From Eledone cirrhosa (taxonomy: Eukaryota): a DNA stretch of 64,000 nucleotides. Below are positions 53,601 to 64,000 of this stretch, piece by piece; within the stretch, counting starts at the first letter, position 1, and every line of letters begins with the position of its first letter. The stretch covers positions 58,590,001 to 58,654,000 of the forward strand of contig OZ024740.1 of NCBI GenBank assembly GCA_964016885.1. The letters are read 5' to 3'. The position numbers were made by a program, and so were the translations under genes. The notes under the pieces were generated by a model. It saw only the letters and a program-made list of their open reading frames with translations. It did no database searches and was not told where the DNA came from.

Positions 53601-54559
53601 GTAAATAAAGCCTGGTCCTTTTAACATCTCACCAACTAACACAATGGAACTCTTGTATTCACTCCTTCAGTGTAAAAAACTGTAGTTAACCACAATAAAG
53701 ATATCATCTTCATAGCTGTTAATTCTATTTTTGATTACTCCCCTTGTGCTATCGGATGTCACTCTTTCTCTCTTACTCATCACCCTGTCAAATCCCACTA
53801 CACCCGCCATGCATACACAACACCATACTTGTCTTCCTTCTTGCATCTGCTCTGCAGAGGGAAGAGGGATAGGACAATAACCAACAAACTCTCTAGTATG
53901 CATGCCATGAAAATGTACCTAGTATCTTTTGTAAGATGGTTGGTGATAGGAAGGGTACCCCACTGTAGAAACCCTGTCAAAACTGGTTGAGAAGAGTCTT
54001 CAGTTGTGTCAATGACACACCAACCTTTCTAATGTTAGTGGTCTACACAATAAACATACCCAGTGCATGCTGTACTGGGTACATTTATAATATATCTAAT
54101 TTATTTATTTGTCACTTGCTGTTATATTTTTTATTTTAATTATACATGTTTATATTTTAATTTGTTTTTCTTATATCTATTTATTCATTTATTTTTGTAT
54201 ATTAATTACAGATTTGTTTTACAGATTGATTTCATTTTATGCTTCCATAACTGTTTTTATTTATTTTTACATATTGATTTTTATGTATTGATTCATTTAT
54301 TTATATAATTTCATTATTACACATTTATGCATAGCAGACACTCTTTCAATCTTTATCAAATTTCATAATTTTAAAAACATCTGTAATGATTAAGCACCTT
54401 GAAAATCTATCTATTTTAGTACAAACTTTAACCAGTTGTCAACTAAATATTAATTAACTGCTAAATAATTATTCTATTTGTTAGTTCTTATTTGCTGCTC
54501 AAATTCTTTGTATGCCTTGCTTATTTATATCATCATGTTCACACAACTGGTGCAGCTAA

Positions 54560-54910
54560 TTGTTGTGGTGCCATTCTAGAAGCTTTTGCAGCCAGTCGTT
54601 GCTAATGGTCTCTATTCTCCATCGTACGTAGAAGGGTCTCAATGTTGTAACCAGTCCAGTCTTTAATGTTGGACCAGAATTTACTTTGTCTCTCTCTTCT
54701 CTCTCCTGCCTCCTCTTCGCCATCCCTCGACTATGTCCTGAAGGATGGTTTTAGACTAGGGATTCTTACAAGATACATGACATACCAGGCAAGCTTCCAT
54801 CTTTTCACCATTGCAAGGAGTGGTTCCTGTCTGCAGGCATATTTGTTAACTTGCTGCTTGACAAAACTGTTTGTTTTGTGTTCTATGTACAGGTTGTGTA
54901 TCAATTTTCT
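54560..54910 (-). mobile_element. Old RTE-like LINE 3' coding fragment (another family)
   Basis: ORF 54731..54949 QEPLLAMVKRWKLAWY..., followed by a GRR.RG.QSKFWSNIKDWTG-like remnant. Confidence 0.6.
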
Positions 54911-55229
54911 GAAGCACTTATATATTTGTGTTAAATGATGAGTAATCAATTGGTTTCAATGATGCGTAATCAGATGTTTGAATTAATGTGTAAGTAGTCA
55001 AATATTCCACAGATAAATGTGCTCTTAATATAATTCACATGCTGAATTAGTATGACACAATAAGTGACAAGGCTGGTCCTTTGAATCACAGGTGCACTCC
55101 ATCTGATGGGCTCCCATGCAGTTTCCATCTACCCAATTCCACTTGCATGGCTTGGGTTAATCTGAGGCTGTAGTAAACACTCATGTCCTGGATGTTTTGC
55201 AGTAGGATAGAATCTGAGACCTTGTATAT

Positions 55230-56425
55230 GTATGTTGTCAACAGTGGGAGTAGCTCTCTAAACTTCTTCCATCGTATCCTTATTCTAGTTATTATGCTCT
55301 CAGAGCACCCTCTTCCGCTGATAATTAAGTCACTCAGATAGCAGAAGCTACCAAACACTCCTATGGACTTTTCCTGTCACTTGAAAAGGTTTATATCATT
55401 GGCGCTCTTCCCCTTGATTACCCCTGTGTACATACAAAGCCTTCCTTTTCTGTTAGTCTATCTGTTTTCCAAATACATATCTTGTGAACCCAATATTTTA
55501 CTTGTGTACACCATAAGGTAAGGAGTTTATGCCTGCTTCTTTTCTACATATTGAGCAGGGCCACTGCCTTGAAGGGATCTAGGCCCTATCTTCTTTCCTA
55601 CTCATTAGTACTTTAGTTTTAGCTGAGTTTTCTCTTAGACCTTCTGATTCCAAATTCCGTTTCCATTGTCAGAACTTATTTTTTAGTTCTATTATGGATT
55701 TGTGTTCAAGATCAAATCAACTACATAGAGAAGTTCCCATCAAGAGCCAATTTTAAACTGCTCAGTTATGGCCTGGAGAACTATGATGAACAATTGTTGG
55801 CTAAGAACTGAACCTTGATAAACTCCTACCTGTACCTTGAATTCCTCAATATCTTACTTCCTACTCTCACTTTACTGACAGCTCTTCTGTACATGGTTTG
55901 CACTGCTCTCACAAGCCATTCTTCTACACCTAATTTTCTTAAGGACCACCAGATAATAGATCGAGGCACTCTCTCAAACGCCTGTTCTAGATCTTCAAAA
56001 GCTAAATATAGTGGCTTATTCTTGACTAGGAACTTCTTCTCTTGTAGTTGTTTCACTAAGAAGGGAGCATCTGTAATGCTTTTCCCAGATATGAAGCCAA
56101 ACTGCATCTCATCTATTTTGACTCTTTCCCTAATTGGTTGTATTATAACTCTTTCCATCATTTTCATAATTTGGTCCATTAGTTTTATGACTCTGTAGTT
56201 ACTCCTTTCTAGAGCATCCCCTTTGCTCTTGTAGCAATTTATGATTGTACTGCTGTGCCAGTGATTGGCTATGATTCCATCATGTATTACTTGATTTACT
56301 ATACAAGTTACTATTTTGACTCCGACCTCTCCCAATTCTTTTAGCAACTCAGTAACTATTTCTGATGGTCCCACAGCTTTATCATTTTTCATCTCCTTGA
56401 TTGCACCTTTGACCCTAAAACTATC
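55230..56425 (-). mobile_element. Older RTE RT region, including a decayed PHD insert
   Basis: ORF 55826..56392 KAVGPSEIV...MQFGF...DLEQAFERVPR; WPCSICRK...WVHK at ~55480-55570. Confidence 0.88.
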
Positions 56426-56599
56426 AACTTCAACAGCTGGGCCTTCCTTTGGATGAGGAGGACTCTTGAGTCCAGTAAGATGACCTCTCTAGTTCTGGTG
56501 GCACGAATAATGCACCCAGTCTATGCTGTAAAATGCTTGATGACAAGAAAGGCATCCAGCCAGAAAACCCTGCCGAAAATATGGAAAGCACAACAAATA

Positions 56600-56638
56600 A
56601 GATATAGATAGATAGATAGAGAGATAGATAGATAGATA
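56600..56638. repeat. (AGAT)n microsatellite
   Basis: Direct reading. Confidence 0.85.
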
Positions 56639-56865
56639 AGGCCCTCAAATAATTTGACATCCATATATCAATATATTTTACGCATACAAGCATTTCTACA
56701 ATATTGTGATCATTTATATATATGGATCTCTGTAGCTTGAATTTCCACAATTTTGTATTTGTATGCCTGTCTATGTTCATGCATTGTATATCGTGTATAT
56801 TTTTGCACACATACTCGTGTATTCATTCATACATATACATATATGTGCATGTTAATATACATATA

Positions 56866-57044
56866 TGAGGGTTGGTTGACCAAGATACTCTCATGGAATG
56901 ACCAAATGAGGTTTATTTTTCAATATAGTTAGTGGAAAGAAACACAGCAGTTATTAATAAGAAGAGTTGAAATTATTGCATGCAAGATCTCTCAGTTCTA
57001 GCATCACTCTTTCATAGTCATATGAACTTTTCAGCCGACCCTCG
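56866..57044. mobile_element. mariner-type MITE
   Basis: TA|TGAGGGTTGGTTGA ... TATGAACTTTTCAGCCGACCCTCG|TA: TA TSD and mariner-like CGAGGG termini. Confidence 0.7.
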
Positions 57045-57639
57045 TATAAATGCTTATTTCATCAAATGATTTTCATCAAACAACTTTTTACCAAATGATT
57101 TCTCATTGAATGACTTTATCCAAATGACTTTTGATTGACATAACTTTCCATTGTCTTTTTATCAAACATCTTTTCATAGAATTATTTTGTAGAATAATTT
57201 TTAATACGAAATAGTGACCACTGACCTTGAAATGGCTGTATTTAATCTGTTTTCAAATAACTTACTTAGAACAGACAGTTGAAATTGTTTCACATTTTTA
57301 TATATTTTTTTATTTAGCTGTTAATGCTACAGTGTACATTGAATATCTGGAACAGGATTTCTCATAAAACTCTGTCTAGATCTGTCTTTTATGACACAAT
57401 CTTTATTTCTTACTTATGTAATATTGAATTATATTTTGTTCCCATCTTATCGTTTACCTCATCTCTATTACCAATTTAAACTGATATTTTGTATTTGTTG
57501 CCATCACTGCTACATATTTGCTACAAACTTGCAGATCTTTCTATTTTAAATTTGTTGTCAGTGCCAAGCTGATGCACACAACTACCCTATGCTGCACTCA
57601 TGGTATGGTATGGTTTGGTATGGAACCAAAACTGAGGTG

Positions 57640-57945
57640 TCGGAGGGTGCCATATTGACATACAGCATTTCTTGGGCATTTTTTAAAAACCTGGTCACGC
57701 CCATTTCCTCTCCAGGTCTGAATACAGTAGAGTTCTTCCATAGAAGGATAGAGAGAGTGAGAGAAAGGAAATGAGAAAGAGATATAGAGGAAGAATCAAC
57801 CCCAGTACTTGACTGGTACTTTTTTTTATCGACCATGAATGGATGAAAGACAAAGTTGACCTCGGTGGGATTTGAACTCAGAGAGCTGAAATGAATACTA
57901 CAAAGCATTCTATCCAACGTTCTAACAACTCTGCCAATTCGCCAC
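57640..57945 (-). mobile_element. tRNA-derived SINE (MetaSINE-like, long-tail variant)
   Basis: GGATTTGAACTCAG (B-box reverse complement); GGATGAAAGACAAAGTTGACCTCGG core. Confidence 0.75.
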
Positions 57946-58409
57946 CTTTGCTACACTCAGGTTGATGTAGTAAATCTAAAAAAACAGTGTTTCATTGTAA
58001 AATAATCACTCCAGATATTTTAGCACTTTATTTATGTAGACTTTGAAGATGGTGAAAAATCAGCACAATATTGACCTTGAATATAAACCAAACCCCATTT
58101 TACCATCGATATTTCTCACTCATTCATGAGGTTTGGATATTTGCCCATTTCTCAGACACAGGAGGAGGGGACTTGTATTTGGATTAGTATGTATTTGAGT
58201 ATATACAGTAATTCTATTGATGTTATGATACTCATGTATTTTCACAAGCATATTATCAACACAAATAAATAGAAAATGGTTTGTCAACTGAATTAACTGA
58301 GCTACCAAATTTTATTAACTATTTGGCTATGACTGTTTCTACTGTACAATATTTTTGGTCTTCTGTATTTCCTAGAAAGTTTGATACATGTCTATTACTT
58401 TTACTTGTC

Positions 58410-58945
58410 AGGTTGGTGCCATGACAAAATAGCATCCACACCACCCTGTAAGGGGGTCATATGGGTACCACAAAAAATAGCACCCAGTCGACTCTGTAAT
58501 ATTGTTGTTTTAGTGCCATGACGAAAAATACTCAGTTCACCTTGTGAAATGGTAGTGGTGTTGCCACAGGAAAAGCTCCCAGTAAATGCCATAATGTGGT
58601 TGGCCATAGCAAAGGCATCTAGATGTAGAAAACCTGTATGAGAAAGACGTGGTCATCTGACCTGACTAGCCTCATAACATGACAACTTGTTTAACTCATG
58701 CAAGCATGGAAAATGGATGTTAACCATTTAGCATTTAAACCAGCTGTATCCAACCAGAATTCTCTCACTTCTTTCTGTTCAAACCAGGTGTGACCAGCCA
58801 CTCATGCCAACATTAAGGTATTGTTCTCAAAATAAATAATATCAAAATCTCAGAATCAATATTATGTGAGGTAAAGCCTTTACTGCAAAAATACAATAAT
58901 AAATATAGGGTAATGTAAATGCTAAAGGCTTAAAGATGATGATTT
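58410..58945 (+). mobile_element. RTE-type 3' end with 48-bp repeats, interrupted by a MITE at its terminal TTAA
   Basis: ...GCATGGAAAATGGATG|TTAA-MITE-TTAA|AGATGATGAT. Confidence 0.7.
58724..58929. mobile_element. piggyBac-type MITE, intact copy
   Basis: TTAA|CCATTTAGCATTTA ... TAAATGCTAAAGGC|TTAA. Confidence 0.85.
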
Positions 58946-59039
58946 GGTACTGACTGATTCTTGGAATATATAACTCTTTATATAGCTGTTAGAAGAAAAA
59001 CATAACCAATGGAACTAAAATAAAAATACTTCAGCAAGC

Positions 59040-59520
59040 AATTAAGAGATTATTTCTTTGAGCAAAAGAGAGATTGTATGATTGTTGTGTACATTGGGTA
59101 ATGTTGCATGGTAGCAAGATATGGGTGTTGAATGCAAAGGATGCAAGAAGGCTGGAAAGAAATGAAATGAACATACTTTGCTGGATGTGTAATGTGCATT
59201 AATTGATGCAGTTGAAAGAAAAACTGGCATATAAACAGAGTTGCATGTTGCATGCATGAGAGAAGACTGCACTTTTGTGTACATCTAATGTTCATGAGTA
59301 ATAACAGTTAGGTAAAAGAAGTACCAACATTTCCTAGTTGAAGGAAGCTGCAGAAGAATACGAAGGAAGACATAAGGGGAAGGGGTGAAAGCTGATCTCT
59401 GGAAGCTAAACCTCACAAAGGAAATGACAAAGGAACACAGCATGTGTCAGGACTGCTTATTGAGAGGACCTGTTCAACTCATGCAAACATGGAAAAGCAG
59501 ACATAAAAATGATGATATAA
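59040..59520 (+). mobile_element. Old RTE 3' fragment
   Basis: MLHGSKIW, RRLERNEMN.LCWMCN remnants; tail ATGGAAAAGCAGACATAAAAATGATGAT. Confidence 0.75.
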
Positions 59521-60294
59521 GTTATATATTATTAATAACTGTAAGATAAAACAAGTATTAGTCGTTATATGGTAATGTACTGTGTAAGTGATGAAAGACA
59601 TGATTTATATATGTAATAAGCAAACACACCCAGACAGCTGTGTGTGTGATGTGTATGTTTGTAAGTGTGCACATTTCTAAAATAAATTTTATAGTATAAA
59701 TAATATAGATATAAGATCAATTGTTATATTGATATATGTTGAATTGATGTGTTATTGTATTGATACTGGGGTATTACTAATGATAAAACCATCCTGTGTC
59801 ACAGAAACTAGAGGTCAGCACACAATATTTTGGATACGCTTATAATCAAAGAAATGTTCTAGTGAAATACAAACAGGCTAACAAACGCACACACACACAC
59901 ACACACTCTCACTCTCACTCTTTCTTTCTCTCTCACATATATATATATACATCATTATATATATGAGCACAACAACAAATATATGTTGATGATGATGTGT
60001 GTGTTAGATTAGAAATATAGTATATATACGTTACATTGGATATATAAATATAAAGTTAGTAGATCTAGTTTGATCTAGTTTGTTGGATTAAAAGTAAAAA
60101 GTATGATGTTTAAAATAGAGTCAGGCTCAGTCTTAGCTATATGGTTAAGAAGTTGCTATATTATAAGGTACAGGATTCTAGGTTCAATCTCCCTGCATGG
60201 CACTTTGAAAAGAAATTTTCTATTATAGCTCCTTTGTTTGTAGATGCACAAGGGTAACTGAGGGGAAGAATATAACCAGTGATGTAAGCCTATA

Positions 60295-60922
60295 CCAGTC
60301 ACAGGAAGGACCTATAGAAGTGGTTGACAGCTTCTGCTATCTAGGCAACAGAGGAGGGTTCTCTGAGTGAGAGGAGAATAACTAGAATGGAAAAAGTTCA
60401 GAGAGCTACTCCCAATATTGACCACAAAAGGTTTCTCCCTATGTACAAAAGAATGGCTGTATGACACCTGTGTGCAAAGTGTGACGGTGCATGGTAGTGA
60501 AACCTGGGCAGTTACTGTGGAGAATGTACATAGACTGGAAAGAAATGAAGAAAACCTATCCCATTGGATGTGCAATGTAAGTCTGATAGGCAGAGCTTGG
60601 CTGAGTTGAAGGAGAAGCTAAGTTTAAGAGGAATCTGAGGAGGTGTACAGGAGAGAAGACTGCATTGGTTTGGACTTGTGATGCACATAGACAATGATCA
60701 ATGGGTGAAGAAGTGGCAGGAAATGCCAGTGGAAGGAAGTCATGGTAGAGGTAAACCAAGAAAGACCTGGGCAGAGGTTGTGAGAGCTGACCTCAAATCA
60801 CTAAGACTCACAGTGTTGACGACAAAGGATTGTGACAATTAGAGAGATGCTGTGTTGAAAAGGACCTGTCCAACCCATTTAAGCATGGAAAATCAGATGT
60901 AAAAACGATGATGATGATGATT
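60295..60922 (+). mobile_element. Old RTE 3' fragment
   Basis: IEVVDSFCYLG, TTKGFSL...HGSETWAV...RLERNE; (GAT)n tail. Confidence 0.85.
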
Positions 60923-61484
60923 ATCTCCATGTCAACTATTAAATTGTGAATGAAATTTGATAGATGGAAATTCTTCAAAAGTCTGTGTGTGTAGATAGAC
61001 ACATTCCGTTATATTTTCTCTGAACATATACATATATTTCCAACATACATACATGCATGTTCACAACTGATTTCGTTATTTCTGTTAACATACAATCGAA
61101 TTTACATACAAGCAACTTACATTTTTTTTTAATGGGTGAATTTGTTTTGAAATATTAGAAAAAACAACAGAAATGTTTAATTTTAGTTTTATCATTCGGA
61201 AATCAAGATCATATTTCATAAACATATTCTAAATAGATGTAAAACAAAGTATAGGATATGGTAAAGCCTAATGCTGATGATTGTGGGGGATCTAGTTTTA
61301 TTCAAATTTGGATAGCCATACTGATATTTAACATTTTTCACTAAATATCTCAAAACAAATCTTTATTTAAAAATAAAAGTATTAAGATGATTTTCAACTT
61401 TTTATCAAGTATTTAAAATTTGTAAGGAAATAATCATTTATATGGGGATTTATTACTGATATGTCTTTTTGTTCTACTTTACAG

Positions 61485-61561
61485 TGTTTATCTTCTGAAG
61501 TGGATTCTTTAGCCGTGCCTTCACTTAAATGGTTAGGCCTTTTCCCAAGTGATATTAAAAG
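61485..61561 (+). CDS. SPO11: Internal coding exon of meiotic recombination protein SPO11 (Toprim region)
   Basis: Acceptor TCTTTTTGTTCTACTTTACAG and donor AG|GTAATG. The 77 nt translate CLSSEVDSLAVPSLKWLGLFPSDIK(R), aligning end to end with human SPO11 SMSFEAHHLTVPAIRWLGLLPSDLKR (recalled from memory), including the conserved WLGLxPSD motif. Confidence 0.85.
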
Positions 61562-64000
61562 GTAATGTTTCTTATTTTCTTATCCTTTTTTATATGCTCT
61601 GGTACTACCAGAAGAAGCATGTTGCAGTTACATAAATAAATGTGCTGTCATAATGACAATTAAGCCTGTTTATAATACAATCATGAAGAAAATATTTCAG
61701 AATTTGAAGAAATGGTTCTTTTTGTGTACATCTATTACAAGTAGGTGGTTTGAAAGAATACAATAGTGCCTGCTGCTATAAAACTAATTATTGAATGTAA
61801 GAAAATCAAAACCAATTTCCAAATCATTATAATAAGAAATATTAATGTCAGAGAACATGAAAACCTAGTACTGATGAACTGAATATATTTACACTTCTTA
61901 AAACAACAAAATATAAAGAGATAAACTATGATATGCTCAGATGCAAAGATTGGAAGCTAGATATCATTCTCAATAAACGATGTATATTTTCAATTATTGT
62001 TTTTAACAAGTAATCTTACCACAGATAATCTTTAACATAACCTTAACAGTTGATGAAAATGGAGTGTTAGAAGTAAATACAGAAGATTTATATAGATAAC
62101 TAATCTCTAATGCAACTATAAATTTACAGTTACTATTAGTAATGCACTTAAAGAAATTATAGAATATCTAGATGATGCGGTTTTACTGAGTATAATAATA
62201 ATAAAAAAATTTCTATAACTGGTATTAAGCTAAACAGAGATTTTTAATGTTCATGTTTATTACATGATTCTCAGTATTATTTAGAAAGACATACCTCATT
62301 TTAATACCAAATGTTAGCAAACACACTATTAAAACAGATTGCTATCAATAAATTACTGCATCACTCTAAATCATCATCATCTTTTCCAGCCATTATAGGT
62401 ATTTATCTGACTAGCTTCAATCTCTAAGTCTGATACTCTTTCATGAAAAGTAAATACTTGTAGTATGTTTATTCAACTGAGGTAGGTTAGCTTTCAGCTA
62501 CAAGATATATTACAACAGTAAAATATTTTATATCAGACACCATTAACTTGTGACTTGATAATAATATTCTGGCAAATTACTGACAGAAAAAAACTGGTGA
62601 TTATTATTAAATTGTTGTATAATATCCCACTGTAGTAAACTAGCTGAAGGGAAGAACAATTTATTTTGCTTTTAAGTTTTTCTGTAACTCCATGACAATA
62701 ATTTGGTTATTGTTGAAGGAAATTTTAATTGTCATAGATACTGATATTGATTTTCCAGTCTACACAGTAGCATGAAAGTTGTATTATAAATTAAGTAACA
62801 TCGACTTTACTCTCAGCAGTAAGTTCTTTCAATAATTTCTATCACAGCTTAAATTCCCATAACATAAACCACTGATCTGAGGCAGGCACTTAACTGTTGC
62901 TAGTACAACAAGCAAGTAAAGAAATATATGGAAATTAAGAAAGTTCTCTAGTGGTATTTTTTAGTGGTTCTTAGTGACATTGAGTTGATTAAGAGACAGT
63001 TGGTGTGCAGTATTGCAAGCCTCTAAATTGAACTATAAAGAAATAATTTGCCAAGTTAAAATAATAAAAAGAAGTAAAAAATAAAGAATGAGAAGTATTC
63101 AGAATATGAAGTGATCAAGAAGAGTTGTAAAGCAAGAAATAAAATTGATCCTATGAAGTTTAATATTTTCTTTTTCTTCTGAAAATGTAAAGTTACCATT
63201 GCTATGGTTGCTATCTTTCTGAAAGTAAATTAACTAATTGTGATTTCTACTAATATTAAACTCAAGTTTTGATGCTATTATTGATATAATATTTTATTAA
63301 GTTGCAAAAAAGATTGTAGAAGTTAACACAAACCAACACATTCTGTCCAAAATTCAACGATTAAATTATTTTCTCATCTGATTGAGTCTCTGCTTGTATT
63401 TGAAATCCTAGTGATCTGCATTCTATTTGTTGTTATTGTTTACAGAGGAACTTATTCACTTCCCAAATCATCTGAAAGAAAACAATTTATAGCTTTTGAA
63501 AAGTTTCATTAAAGTTTTAAATAAATGACATTTAGGGTTAACATGGGGAAAATTGTATACATTTAAATGAAGGTTATTCTCATAAAATCTGTTTCACACT
63601 TTAAATCATATCAATTTCAAAATCATGCGATTTTGTTTTTGGTGTGAGGTAAATAAATACGAAATAGAATGAAACCACACAAGACTGTATATTTTCGTTT
63701 TTAGATATGAAGAAGTCTTTGAGCAGAATTTGGCATCTGTTGGTCAGGTGAGAATTAAGTGCAGATGACCTTTTTAAAAAATATTCTTGAAGAAAAGCTA
63801 ATGTTCATGTTTTATAAATCTTAGAATGGGATCATCTAGGGAGTAAGAAAAGCATACTAGATAAACATTTCTTGGCTGGCTGTTGTAATATCAACAAATG
63901 GGAATGCAAGTAGTAGATTGACTTCAATAGCAGAAGTGTTTGTGATTGAATATAATATGGGAAAACATTAAGATATCAATAATTAAAAAAAAAAATAACT

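Noticed and set aside
56691-56735. Possible upstream SPO11 exon (IVIIYIYGSL resembling IMCIYKYGS)
   Set aside because: Followed by TAG rather than a GT donor, no GxEI motif, low-complexity context.
57055-57200. Degenerate ~15-bp tandem repeat (ATCAAATGATTTTC-like)
   Set aside because: Short, decayed low-complexity repeat with no evident function.
62788-62830. Acceptor-like site giving (S)LNSHNINH* as the next SPO11 exon
   Set aside because: In-frame stop after 8 codons and no similarity beyond LN.

Overview
AT-rich, repeat-dominated eukaryotic DNA. The SINE/LINE repertoire and (GAT)n-tailed RTE LINEs suggest a mollusc, probably an octopus/coleoid cephalopod; this is inferred, not proven. 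There are no prokaryotic features. Main contents: a decayed IR/DR-type Tc1 (DD34E) transposon at the left edge; many RTE-clade LINE copies, including a nearly intact one (about 40.1-44.3 kb, one in-frame TAG) whose reverse transcriptase carries an embedded C4HC3 PHD-type finger; an 8.2-kb array of a 38-bp hairpin-forming minisatellite with higher-order periodicity; a non-autonomous Helitron and an RTE fragment both nested in a TTAA MITE; further piggyBac-, Kolobok- and mariner-like MITEs; many tRNA-derived SINEs; and a possible Penelope-like inverted remnant with a degenerate minimal hammerhead core. The only host-gene signal found is a 77-nt + strand exon at 61485-61561, missed by the ORF track, encoding CLSSEVDSLAVPSLKWLGLFPSDIK(R). 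It resembles the Toprim region of the meiotic nuclease SPO11, so much of the window may be one very large, TE-filled SPO11 intron. Coordinates were read by eye; boundaries of decayed repeats are approximate.
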